A stretch of 64,000 nucleotides of DNA from positions 149,759-213,758 of the forward strand of contig CAVTFW010000005.1 of NCBI GenBank assembly GCA_963734105.1. Reading direction: 5' to 3'. The position numbers and the translations under genes are program-made. Shown here one piece after another: positions 53,186 through 64,000 of the stretch. Positions within the stretch are counted from its first letter, which is position 1. Each line of letters begins with the position of its first letter. The notes under the pieces were generated by a model, which saw nothing but the letters and a program-made list of their open reading frames with translations, was not told where the DNA came from and ran no database searches. Source of the DNA: Candidatus Acidiferrales bacterium (GTDB lineage: Bacteria; Acidobacteriota; Terriglobia; Acidiferrales; UBA7541).

Positions 53186-55240
53186 TTACTTCACGTAGGT
53201 AGCCAGCCAGTCGAGAAATGTCTTGTACCAGAGCTGGGCATTTTGCGGCTTCAGGATCCAGTGACCTTCGTCCGGAAAGACCATCAGTTTTGAGGGCACG
53301 CCCTGGCGCTGCAGGGTGTTGAAGAATTCGAGTGATTGCGTGTAAGGCACGCGATAGTCTCTTTCGCCGGCAATCACGAGAGTTGGCGTTTTATATTTTC
53401 CCAGGTCACCCGCATAGGTGACTGGCGCCCATTTCTTGTAATTTTCCGGCGCGCTCCAGGGCGTGCCCTGCAGGTCGTGCTCCTCGAACCAAAGCTCCTC
53501 CGTCGCGTACATGGAGACTTTGTCGTACACGCCGGCGTGGCTGATGATGGCCTTGAAGCGGTCGGTGTGCGTGGCCAGCCAATCGGCCATGTAGCCGCCG
53601 TAGGAACCGCCCGCTGCGGCAAGGCGGGACTTGTCGATAAAGGGGAATTTCGCGATCGCGGCGTCGGTGCCTTTCATTACGTCTACGTAGGCTTTTCCGC
53701 CCCAGTCGTTCGTGATTTCGTCGGTAAATTTCTGGCCGTAGCCCGTCGAGCCACGGCGATTGATCATCAGAGTGACGTAGGCGGCGCCCGAAAATACCTC
53801 CGCGTTCCAACGATAGCCCCAGGCGTTGGACCACATGGTTTGCGGGCCGCCGTGCAACAGCACCAGCAGGGGATATTTTTGCGAGGCCGAAAATTGCGGC
53901 GGCCGGATCAACATGGCTTCCACTTTTGTGCCTTCTGCGCCATCGAACCAGAATGTCTCCGGCTCATTCATCTCCACGCGGGCGAGGATGGCGTCATTCG
54001 TGTGTGTGAGTTGTTTGAGAGCGCTGCCGTCGGCGGCGGAGACGAAGACTTCGCTCGGAAGGGTCAGGCTGGTGCGCGTTGTTACAAGGCGTCTTGCCGT
54101 CGCCGCTGAATGCGAATTCGGTGTTGAACCCATCGAGGAGTTTCTTCGGCGTAGCGCCGGCACGCGCTTCCATGGCATAGACGGGCTGGAGAGTTTCATT
54201 TTCAGCGAGGAAATAGATGGTCTTGCTGTCGGGAGACCAGGCGAGGTCGGTGGCGCTGCGATCGAAGCTTTCGGAGAGGTTTTCGCTCTTGCCCGTCTGG
54301 CGGTCGTACAGCATCACGCGCCATTTGTCGGACTCGTAGCCTGCCGTGAGCTGCGCATGGTAGGCGATTGCGTGCCCATCGGGGGAATAGACGGGATTGC
54401 CGTCAAAACCCTGTTGCGTGGTGATGCGCTTCGATTCGCCTCCGGCCACTGAAACGACGAAGAGGTCCCCGTTCGTGCTGGTTGCCTCGACCTTGTCTGT
54501 GACAGCGGTGAAGCAGATCTCTTTGCTATCGGGAGAAAAGTTGAAATCGGCGGAGGCTGCTGCGTTCGTCGGGCGGCACGTCGTAGTCGGCTCCCGACGT
54601 CAGATCCCGCGGGGTGGCGCTGCCGTCCGCGAGCATGACGAACAGGTGGCTGCGCTTGCCTTCCGACCAGTGATCCCAGTGGCGATAGAGCAGGTGATCG
54701 TAGATGCGCGCTTTGACCTTGCTCTTCTCTTTTTCCTCGTCGCGCTTGGCGTCGCAGGCGTCGTCCTTACAGTCCACATAGACCGCAGAAGTGAAGGCAA
54801 TTGTTTTTCCGTCCGGCGACCAGTGGAACAGGTCCGCCCCGGTGGAAAGCTTTGTCAGCTTCTTGGCCTCGCCACCTTCCATCGACAGACAGATAGACCT
54901 GGGAAGTGCCGTCGCGCGCGGAGAGAAACGCGAGGGTCTTGCCGTCGGGGGACCAGGCGGGCGAACTGTCGCGGCCGCCTTGCGTGACCTGAATGGGTTG
55001 GCCGCCGGATGTGCTGAGAATCCAGATATTGCTAACGGCACGATTGGCCTCGATATCCGGCGTCGAAACGCCATAGGCGACCCATTTGCCGTCTTGCGAG
55101 ATCGCGGCGCCGCTGACGCGGTGCAACTGGATCAGGTCGTTGAACGTCATTGGATGCTTCGCGGGAGTTTGCGCTTGCGCGCAAAAAAGAATCGCCAGCG
55201 AGGCCACTAGCAGGCCACTGGGTCGCACTATCGTTTTCAT
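53186..55240 (-). CDS. S9 family (prolyl oligopeptidase-like) peptidase with beta-propeller (frameshifted)
   Basis: WSPDGK repeats; LHGGPQ, GGSYGG, DYRVP, FPDEGHW catalytic motifs. Confidence 0.92.
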
Positions 55241-55342
55241 CGGTGTCCCCTTTGTCTTGCGGGAAGAGTTCAGTGCATATTCAAAGCACCTGATGATGCC
55301 ACGACTGCGCTGCGAATCCAAGGCGCGGCGGGTCCGAGCGGT

Positions 55343-55789
55343 TCAGTGCATGCCGGGGATCGGCAGGCCCACGGTCCAGATGTAGCCGTCGGGGTCGAGG
55401 AGGGTGATCTCGCGCCAGCCGTGGGGAAAATCTTTTGCGGCTTGCAGGATCGGGGTTCCGGCGCGTTTGGCGCGCTCTTCTACCTGGTCCGGGTCGAGGC
55501 CGAGGAAGCGCAGTTCTGCGCCGACGCCACGTTCGCGTGCGGCTTTCAGGGGTGCGTGGAGCGGATGGTGATCGTAGGCGTGGTCGGCATGGAGCATGAA
55601 GTCGATGCCGAGGAGAGAAAGGGCGGCGAAATCGTTGTCCGAGTAACGGACGGTGGCGCCGAGAACTTCGCGGTAAAAGGGGAGGGAATTTGCGACATTG
55701 CGGACCAGGAGATTTGCGCTGAACTTCGGCAGGCCGCGTCCGTATTCGTCTGCGGGCATGAAGGCGTCGCCTGCTCGCGTCTTGGTCAT
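55343..55789 (-). CDS. VOC/glyoxalase family protein
   Basis: NLLVRNVANSLPFYREVLG, HGWREITLLDPDGYIW. Confidence 0.85.
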   Translation of the reverse strand: MTKTRAGDAFMPADEYGRGLPKFSANLLVRNVANSLPFYREVLGATVRYSDNDFAALSLLGIDFMLHADHAYDHHPLHAPLKAARERGVGAELRFLGLDPDQVEERAKRAGTPILQAAKDFPHGWREITLLDPDGYIWTVGLPIPGMH

Positions 55790-55793
55790 CGTT

Positions 55794-57080
55794 TTACCTC
55801 CGCACGAAAATCCAGTTTAGCAGCGCGATGGCGCAGGTTGTACCCACGACATAAAATTCGCTGCGGCCCATGCGCGTGAGAAGCACAATCGAAAACAATA
55901 GAGCCAGCCCGGCGAACAGATACGGGGCATGCAGCAGGAATTGCGCTTTCCCGTCCCGCCGCATGCGTAGGACCGGCAGCGCCACGGCGATTGCGCCGTA
56001 GATGGCTAAGCGCGAGACCGCGGAGAGCATGGCGTTCCATTGGAAATTGCCGAGCGCCGAAAATGCGAACAGCATCACCGCGTAGAGAAGAATCGAGAAG
56101 TGGGGCGTGCGAAATTTGGGATGAATCGCCGCCAGGAAAGAAGGGAAGTCGCCGTGCTCCGCCAGTGCGAAGGTAACGCGCGGCGCGTGGAGCAGGTTCG
56201 CGCTGAGGTAGCCGTAAGCGGAAACAAGAGCGGCGAGTGCGATGGCGGTTGCTCCGGCGGGCCCGAGGAATTGTCGCGCGGCGTCGGACAGCGGCCGAGC
56301 AGAGGATGCCGCGCCGGGAAGCGTGGCGATGGTTACGAATTGCACGCCGGTGTAAATGAGGCAGACGATGGCCAGCGCGAGAAGCAGTGCGATAGGAGTG
56401 TCCCGCTTGGGATTTGTGCTTTCGCCGCCGACAAACAGCGCGCCTTCAAAACCGCCGTAGACATATACGAGCAGCAGGATCGCGTCAAACCAGCTTTTTG
56501 CGGAAAGGGGCGGCACGGAGAACGGCACATGAATGCCTGGACGAAACAGGAGGGCAAGCAGCCCAGCAATCACGAAAAAGAGGAGAAAGCTGACCTTTAC
56601 GGCGGTGAAGAAGTTACTGACATTGTTGCCAGTCTTCACGCCGATGTAATTGAAGAAGGCGAGTTGGCCGATCAGACGCGACCAGAATCAAGCAATTCTC
56701 CCATGCGCGAGCCGAGAGAGGGAAAAATTGCGCCAGGTAGGTGCAGAAAAGATTGGCCACGGCTGCCGGCGCAGCGATACGCGTGAGCCAGGTCAGCCAC
56801 GCAACCAACAGTCCCGGGAACCGGCCGAGGGCGTCGCGCGCGTACAGGTAAAGACCGCCGGTCTCTTCATAGCGCGAAGAAACTTCCGCGATACACGCGG
56901 CAATAATCAAAACGGCCAGCTCCGGCGCCGAGACAACTGAACAGGACTGAGACCGCCAAGCTTTGCCGCCAACGCGGAAGGCAGCCCGAAAATGCCGCCG
57001 CCGATGATGGAATTGACCATCAGAGCGGTGAGGCTCCAACGGCCGATGGTGCGAACCAATCCGTGCGAGCTTTCCGTCAC
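55794..57080 (-). CDS. APC family amino acid permease (frameshifted)
   Basis: NSIIGGGIFGLP, TGGLYLYA, YGGFEGA...GE..NPKR, IHPKFRTP. Confidence 0.87.
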
Positions 57081-57102
57081 ACGCGGGGGATCCTTTTGCT
57101 TT

Positions 57103-59069
57103 CTAGTAATTCGTCGTCAAGGGAACCGCCGGGGCCTTCATCTTGGCGATTTCGGTGAGAAGGTCGGTTTTTCCGCTGACCGGTTCGAGATGCGGGTTGC
57201 GTTCGCCGCCGTGATAATCGATGCGGTAGGTCTGAAAGAAATCGCCATTTTCGGCGAGGAGATTCGATGGGATCCTTGCTGTTTTTGGCCGTGCTGATGG
57301 CGTCGCGCAGAATATCCGGCGACCATTTGCGGCCATTCACGGCCACCAGGCGCATGCCCGGGGCAAGTCCGGCATTCGCGGCGGGCGAGCCGGGAATCAC
57401 GTCCAGAATGTGGTCGCCATCATCGCCGCCAGGGCCGTGGACCAGGAGTCCGAGGGAAAATTGCAATTCGACCTCCTGATTGGACAGTTCGTTGATGTGC
57501 TCGAATTCGTTGTGCGTATCGTTGAATACCAACTTCCAGCCGCTGTTTTCCAGGCCGCCGAGCGGTGCGCCGGGGCCATGCGATTTCAATCGCTCGTTGA
57601 AAAAAGCGCGCCAGTCGTAGGAAGCAACTTCGTTCATGCCCGCAACCACATCGTCGAACGTATACGGCACGACTTTCGGCGAGGTGTTTTCGCCGCCGTG
57701 GAATTTGCGGCAGAAATCGTCCAGCGATTTTTTGCCGTTGGTCTGCTTGCGGATGATGGTGTCGGCTTCGAGCCAGATCAGGGTGCCCTCGTCGTAGTAA
57801 TCCACGCCGCGGCGCCAGGAAGCGCCCGCTGACGTCTCGCTATAGAGGATCTGCGCGGCGACGGCCGTATCCTGCAAGTCGCGCCAGGTGCGCCCAGGAC
57901 GGTCATTCAGGTATGCGGCCGTGGATGCCAGATTTTCGCGGAAAAGATTAAGAGGCATCATTCCCGAGCGCGCGGAGAGGATCACACCGTAATATTGGGT
58001 TAGCCCTTCGTAGACCCAGAGCAGATCGCCTTTCATCGGCGTCTGGTAAGTCGGGCGTGGCGAGTCCGGCGGGACGGCGGTACTTGCCATTCCAGGAATG
58101 CGTGAATTCGTGCGCGAGAAGGTCGGAGCTTTGGAACAGATCAGGATCGAGGAAGAAGTCCTCCTCGGTGCGGTTGTCGCTGGACTCGTGATGCTCGACG
58201 CCATCTGGCGGCATGCGGTCGCTCAGTGTGAGCAGAAAATCGTAGCGGCGATAGTGGCGTGCGCCGAAAAGCGCGCCGGTTTCCGCGACCAACTGGCGAA
58301 GGTGTTGCACTTCCGGCGGGTGTTGCTTCGAGTGGCGCCGGACCGTCAGCGGCTACATGGACAGTGTGCGGCGGCGTTTGACCCGGCGAGAGATCGATGT
58401 GGCGCAGGTAAACGCCGGTGATTACGGGTGAATCAATCACGGTGGTCAAGGAGGCGGGCGCGAATTCGATGAGCTCTGGGGATTCCTTGGCGACGGGCAG
58501 CGCGGTGCCGTACTTCCAGCCTGGGGGCAAGCGCAAGGTCGCCACGTAGGTGAGATCGTCCGACTTCGGACCTTGCGGATAGAGCGTCACCATGTACCAG
58601 TTCAGGACTGCGAGCTTCGCGGTGGATGACGGGCGCTCGCGCGAACCTGTGGCCTCGGCGGGCGAAAGATAGTCGTAGGACAAGTTGAGAGCGTCTGACT
58701 CCAGCGGGAACGTCTAGGTGAAAGGCGAACATGTCGACGTCGTCGCGCCGCCAGGGGACTTCCTTGCCTGCGGCGGTGATTTTCAATCCCACGAAGTCGA
58801 CGATCGGGCCCGTTGGAGAATGTTCTCCCGGGATCCACTTCGGGTACACCAGCGTGAGCGGACCGGCGTTCACGGGGAGCGTCAGCTTCGCATGAAAGAT
58901 ATGTTGCGGAGCCTCGCGCAGGTCGACATCGAGACGGGCGGGATTTTGCGTTGTCTGAGCGAAAACCTGGGCGTGCGCCCAAGACAGCGAGAACCGCCAA
59001 AAGGCCAGTGAAACAACGATGAATTCGCTGTAGCAAGAGAACTCCTTCGAATCCGCGAAAGCGTATCAT
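57103..59069 (-). CDS. M61 family (glycyl aminopeptidase) metallopeptidase with PDZ domain (frameshifted)
   Basis: PKWIPGEH, DGVEHHESS, LAHEFTHSWNGK, LWVYEGLTQY, GSPAANAGLAPG. Confidence 0.9.
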
Positions 59070-59148
59070 ACTTGCGGCTCAGCCGCTGGCGAAGCGGCCA
59101 GCTTGGCTGTTGCGCCGGCGGGGTGAAAGCCGGTGTTTGCGGCCCTTC

Positions 59149-59157
59149 TGCTACAAT
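59149..59157 (+). promoter_or_regulatory. Extended -10 promoter, probably leaderless
   Basis: TG-C-TACAAT 6 nt before ATG 59164, no SD. Confidence 0.5.
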
Positions 59158-59163
59158 TCGGGT

Positions 59164-60511
59164 ATGCGCACGGCCACGCACACAACTTCACTTTTTTCGC
59201 GCAATCTTCGAAAACAGTATCCCGTGGCGGTCCGCGGCGAGGGCTGCTGGATCATCGACGCGGAGGGACGGCGTTATCTGGACGCTTCCGGGCAGGCCGC
59301 GGTGGTCAGCATCGGGCACGGCGTGCAGGAGATCGGGCGCGCGATGGCCGAACAATCCGGGCAGATCGCGTTCGCGCATACGACGCAATTTCATTCCGAA
59401 CCAGCGGAGAGATTAGCGGCGCGTATTTTGGCGATCGCGCCTCGCAATTTCCGGGATGGCGGACGCGTGTACTTCACTTCCGGAGGCTCCGAAGCCACGG
59501 AGACGGCGATCAAGCTGGCGCGCCAATATTTTTTGGAGAGCAAACAGCCCGCACGTTACCGGATTGTTGCGCGCAAGCAGAGTTATCACGGGAGCACGCT
59601 GGGGGCGATGTCGGTTAGCGGAAATGTCGCCCGGCGCGCGCCCTATGCGCCGATGATTCCGGAGTGGGGACACGTGGCGCCGTGTTTCTGCTACCACTGC
59701 CCGTTCGACAAGACCTTTCCCGAATGCAATTTGGCGTGCGCGGATGATCTGGATGCGTTTCTGCAGGCTAACGACGCTGCGAGCGTGGCTGCATTCCTGT
59801 TTGAGCCGATGGTTGGAGCGACGTTGGGAGCCGCGCCGGCTGTGGATGGCTATACGGCGCGCATCGCGGAAATTTGCCGCAAGCATGGAATTCTGCTGAT
59901 TGCGGACGAAGTGATGACTGGGATGGGCCGCACAGGCAAACCATTCGCATGCGAGCATTGGGGCCTGGAGCCGGACATTATTCTCACCGGAAAGGGAATC
60001 GCGAGTGGATATGCGCCGCTGGGTGCGGTGCTGGTTGCGCCACACATTGTGGAGACATTCGAGAAGGGAACTGCCGCATTCATGCACGGGTTTACGTATC
60101 AGGCTCATCCGGTGGCGACGGCGGCGGGGAACGCGGTTTTCGATTATCGTGGAAACACACAGGCTGTTTGAGCGCGTCACACCGGCGGGGAAGATCCTGC
60201 GGAAGGCGCTCTCGGCGGTCGAAAGTCATCCGCACGTCGGGCAGGTGCGCGGATTGGGATTGTTGCAGGGCGTGGAGTTCGTGAAAGATAAAGCGACGCA
60301 CGAGCCGTTTCCCAGGGAAGCCGGGATCGCGGAGAAAATTCGCCAAGCCGCGCTGGAGAAAAACGTTTTGCTGTATCCGGGGCAGGGATGTGTGGACGGC
60401 TTACGCGGCGACCACGTTCTGATTGCGCCTCCCTTCATCATTCAGCCCGAGGAAAGCGGACTTATTGCCGAGGCTATTCAATACGCATTGGCTAGAGCCT
60501 TTTCCAATTGA
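59164..60511 (+). CDS. Class III PLP aminotransferase (frameshift near 60150)
   Basis: YLDASG, SGGSEATETAIKLAR, SYHGST, LIADEVMTGMGRTG, TGKGIASGY. Confidence 0.92.
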
Positions 60512-60571
60512 TTGGGCGAAAGTCATGATTTAATACGATTCAAGTCATTCCTAACTATGGGGGATTCTTTC

Positions 60572-61763
60572 ATGCGCCGTTTTTCGCGACTTATTGGTAA
60601 TGGCCTGTGCGTGCGCACTGGCGGGTAGTTCGTGTCTTGCCCAGGAAAAGAGCGCTGCAAAGCCGCGCGCGCGCGATCTGGGCGTGCCGTTTGACGGCAC
60701 GCCTGGTCCGTTGAACGCGATCACGGACGTGGCCGGCGTAACCGTGGGGCACACGACGCTGATTTCCGGTGAAGGAAAGCTGGTGGTCGGAAAAGGGCCT
60801 GTGCGTACGGGAGTCACCGCGGTTTTTCCGCGCGGGAAAGATACGAACGACGGCGGTGTGTTCGCGGGATGGTGGACGTTGAACGGGAACGGCGAAATGA
60901 CCGGAACCACCTGGGTGGAAGAATCCGGTTTTCTGGTCGGGCCGGTGATGATTACCAACACACACAGCGTCGGCGTGGTGCGCGACGCGGTGATTCAATG
61001 GACCGTGGCTCACCGCAAGGTGGGACCCGACGATGATTGGTGGTCGCTGCCGGTGGTCGCGGAAACGTGGGATGGCTGGCTGAACGATATCAATGGATTT
61101 CACGTGAAGCCGGAGGACGCTTTCCACGCGATTGAGACGTCGCACGGCGGGCCGGTAGAGGAAGGAGCGGTCGGCGGCGGCACGGGGATGGTCTGCAACG
61201 GGTTCAAGGGCGGGATTGGGACTTCTTCGCGGAAACTTACGCTGAAAGACGGCGGCTACACGGTTGGCGTGCTGGTGCAATGTAATTATGGTTCGCGGCA
61301 GAATTTCCGCGTGGCGGGTATCCCCGTTGGACGCGAGATTCCCAGTGAGGATCCCTATGCGTTTGCGCCGGAAGACATCACAGAGCGCGGCTCGATTATC
61401 GTGATTGTGGCGACGGATGCGCCGCTGCTGCCGCACCAGTTGAAGCGCCTGGCACGGCGCGTGTCGCTTGGGCTGGGCCGCAACGGGAGCATTTCCGGCA
61501 ACGGTTCAGGCGATATTTTCATTGCTTTCTCGACGGCGAATATGGGTGCGGCGGCGGTGGACCACACGGTGGATTTGAAAATGATGCCCAATGAGATGCT
61601 CGATCCGGTTTTCGCAGCGACGGTGGAAGCGACAGAAGAAGCCGTCATCAATGCGATGGTTGCGGCTACGTCTATGACCGGGATCGACAATCATCATGTG
61701 ACGGCTTTGCCGCACGATCAGTTGCGCGCTATTCTCAAGAAGTACAATCGGCTTAACCCGTAA
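60572..61763 (+). CDS. DmpA/P1 (S58) family aminopeptidase, exported
   Basis: RARDLGVPF, NAITDVAGV.VGH, LPVVAETWD, FKGGIGTSSR, RG/SIIVIVATDAP, SGDIFIAFST. Confidence 0.92.
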
Positions 61764-61817
61764 GCTGAAACTGAGCCGGGCGGTGAGCATTTCACCTCTA
61801 ATTGCAGGCCATGATGG

Positions 61818-62666
61818 CTAAGTCCAGGCGCCTGCAATTCTGCCGGCGGCTCCCGCGACGCGAAGGCCGTCTTTCCGGCCCTTGAAGTATTTCTCGTTGA
61901 TTTCCTTTGCGGCGAGCTGTTCGAGGCGGCGGAAGCCAAGTTTTCTTAAGAGTGCATCGAGTTCTTCCGGGGCAAAAAAGAGGCGGAAGGGTTCACCCGC
62001 GCGCGCGACGCGGCGGGAGAGCGCATCCAAGGCGAGCCTCTCCAAAAAACCGAGCGAAGCACGGGGCACAGCATAGTCGAACACCACACCGCTGCCTTCC
62101 GGCAGTTTTCCCAGGAAAGCAAACGTAAACTCTGCGGCTTCTCTTGTCAGATAGGGCACCACGCCGAGCCAGGAGAAAAAGGCCGGCCGTTCGGCGCGAA
62201 AACCGGCTGCTTTCAATTCTGCCGCCAGGTCTTCCCGTTCAAAGTCGACGGAAACGAAGCGAAGGGAAGCGGGGATTGAGATTTGTGCCGTTTGCAAGCA
62301 TTTCCTTTTCCATGCTTGCGTGTTGGGGTGATCGACTTCAAAGACGCTTAGGCCGTCCAAGGCAATGCCTCGATAGGCGGAAGTATCGAGGCCTGCGCCC
62401 AGGATCACATATTGATTAACGCCATGAGCGACGCTGGCAGCCAACTGGTCTTCCGCATAGCGGCTGCGCACGACCATGAACGCGCGGAAATGCTTTGCAA
62501 AGCGTGACTGGTGCCGCAGGGGATTCGCAGAAATTTCCGACGCAGCGTCGCCAACAATCGGCACGGCCAGCGGATCATCAAGAATTTTCGGGTGGTCTAG
62601 CAACTGATGTGCTGCTCGCCGCAGGGCAACGCGCAGAGCCGTCCGGCTTGGAATTACCTCTCTCAT
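61818..62666 (-). CDS. Class I SAM-dependent methyltransferase (LCM/YktD-like)
   Basis: PSRTAL.VA..RAAH, QYVILGAGLDT, VFEVDHP, FSWLGVVPYL. Confidence 0.88.
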   Translation of the reverse strand: MREVIPSRTALRVALRRAAHQLLDHPKILDDPLAVPIVGDAASEISANPLRHQSRFAKHFRAFMVVRSRYAEDQLAASVAHGVNQYVILGAGLDTSAYRGIALDGLSVFEVDHPNTQAWKRKCLQTAQISIPASLRFVSVDFEREDLAAELKAAGFRAERPAFFSWLGVVPYLTREAAEFTFAFLGKLPEGSGVVFDYAVPRASLGFLERLALDALSRRVARAGEPFRLFFAPEELDALLRKLGFRRLEQLAAKEINEKYFKGRKDGLRVAGAAGRIAGAWT

Positions 62667-62755
62667 CGAGAAGGTTTGCTCCCTGCGAAAATGAAGCGAC
62701 CGAGACGATTCAGCTTGGGCCGTAGAATGTGAAGCATTTGGCGCTTTCCAGAGAG

Positions 62756-63959
62756 CTAGAGCGCGAGCGGGGCGGTTTTGCGCGGCGGATTGAAGAACGG
62801 CAGGGGCACAATTTTTGCCGAGACGGTTTTGCGTGCCGCTTCCACGGTCAGCTCCATGCTTAGGATCGCGCCAAGAACGGCGCTTTCCCGGCTCACGGAG
62901 GCTAGCGCAATCATGCGCTTAAGCGTCGGCGACCAGGTTGTCGACGTGGCTTTGCCCACCTGGCGGTCGCCGCGATAGACGGGGACGGCCACGCGGGAGG
63001 CGGTAGACGGCACTTGCGGCGCCATGCCGATTTTTTCGTAGAGGGCCTCGACTTCACTCCAATTAATTTCCAGGCCCACTAATTTCCGCGCCGGGCCGCC
63101 ATTCTTGTGCTCCGCGGCAAGGGCGTCGCGGCCGACGAAATTCTCTTTCTTGAGGTCGACGAGTTTGCCCAGGCCGATTTCGCCGGGAGTGATACTGTTG
63201 CTGTTCAATGAGCGCGCGCTTGCTGGAAATGTAGTCCACCTCGATCAGGATGAGGCCGGCCTCGATGCGCGCGATGTCCAGGGCGACCATGCCTGCGGGA
63301 TGAATGTCGAAGGCGCGGCCCTTGGTCATCAGTTCATCGAAAACTTTCAGTGCATCTTTGATGGGTATCCAGATTTCGTAGCCGAGATCGCCGGTGTAGC
63401 CGGTGCGCGAGATGTCCACGGCAACGCCTGCGATTTTGCCGTGGGTGACGCGAAAGTATTTGAGTCCGGCAATGTTCGCATCGGCGACGGCGTGCAGCAG
63501 CTTCCCCGTCGTCGGCCCTTGCAGGGCGAGCGCGGCCGTTTTTTCGGAAATGTCCTCGATCTGGACGTCGAGGCCGAGAGCATTCTGGCGGAACCAGCGG
63601 AGGCTGGGGTCGGCGGCGGTCCAGCGGTATTCGTTTTCGGCAAGCCGGGTGATGGTGCCATCGTCGATGACTTTACCGTCGGGATCGCACCAGCAGCAGT
63701 AGATGACCTGGTCGACGGCGACCTTGTTGATGTCGCGGGTTATGACGCGATTGACGAGTTTCGTGGCGTCGCGCCCGGTGACGTGGTATTTGAACAGCGG
63801 CGAGATATCGATGAGCGCAGCGGAATTGCGGATGGCGTTGTACTCGTGCTCGTGCGTCATTTCATAGGCGCCGACGGTGTAGTAGCCCGACCATTCCTTG
63901 AAGTTCAGGCTCTCGCACAAGGCGAGGGTTCTGTCGTGGAAAGCGGTTCCGACGGGCAC
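62756..63959 (-). CDS. GcvT-family aminomethyltransferase-like protein (frameshift near 63200)
   Basis: EYNAIRNSAALIDIS, GKVIDDG, LALQGP, ISRTGYTGDLGYEIW, ARIEAG, WSPTLKRMIALA. Confidence 0.88.
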
Positions 63960-64000
63960 GATTCCTCCGGTCCGTGATGCGAACGATAGCGAATTATAGT

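Overview
GC-rich bacterial chromosome segment. Gene content and protein style suggest Acidobacteriota (inference). Single-base indels split many genes in three blocks (~4.6-9.1 kb, 17.2-24.3 kb, 52.8-63.2 kb) and look like long-read consensus errors. Highlights: (1) an operon at 1387-9277 encoding a Cyc2-like outer-membrane porin-cytochrome, a diheme cytochrome c, a type-1 copper protein and an A1-type heme-copper oxidase (coxB-coxA-coxC-coxC'-coxD). It has the same order as the Acidithiobacillus rus iron-oxidation operon, and the oxidase lacks the canonical K-channel Lys and two Mg-site ligands. (2) A radical SAM gene whose apparent stop is probably selenocysteine (C-U-A-E-P tail plus a SECIS-like hairpin), followed by an ATP-grasp ligase. 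(3) tRNA-Arg(TCT) flanked by an IS481-like end, next to an accessory block containing a nine-heme cytochrome. The rest comprises central metabolism (acnA, zwf, glk, mmsA, galE), lgt, an ArnT-like glycosyltransferase, a TPM/NTase/LemA operon, a PDZ-GAF-SpoIIE sensor phosphatase, an MdtABC-type RND pump and a peptide/amino-acid catabolism cluster. All calls come from motif recognition by eye; no searches were run.
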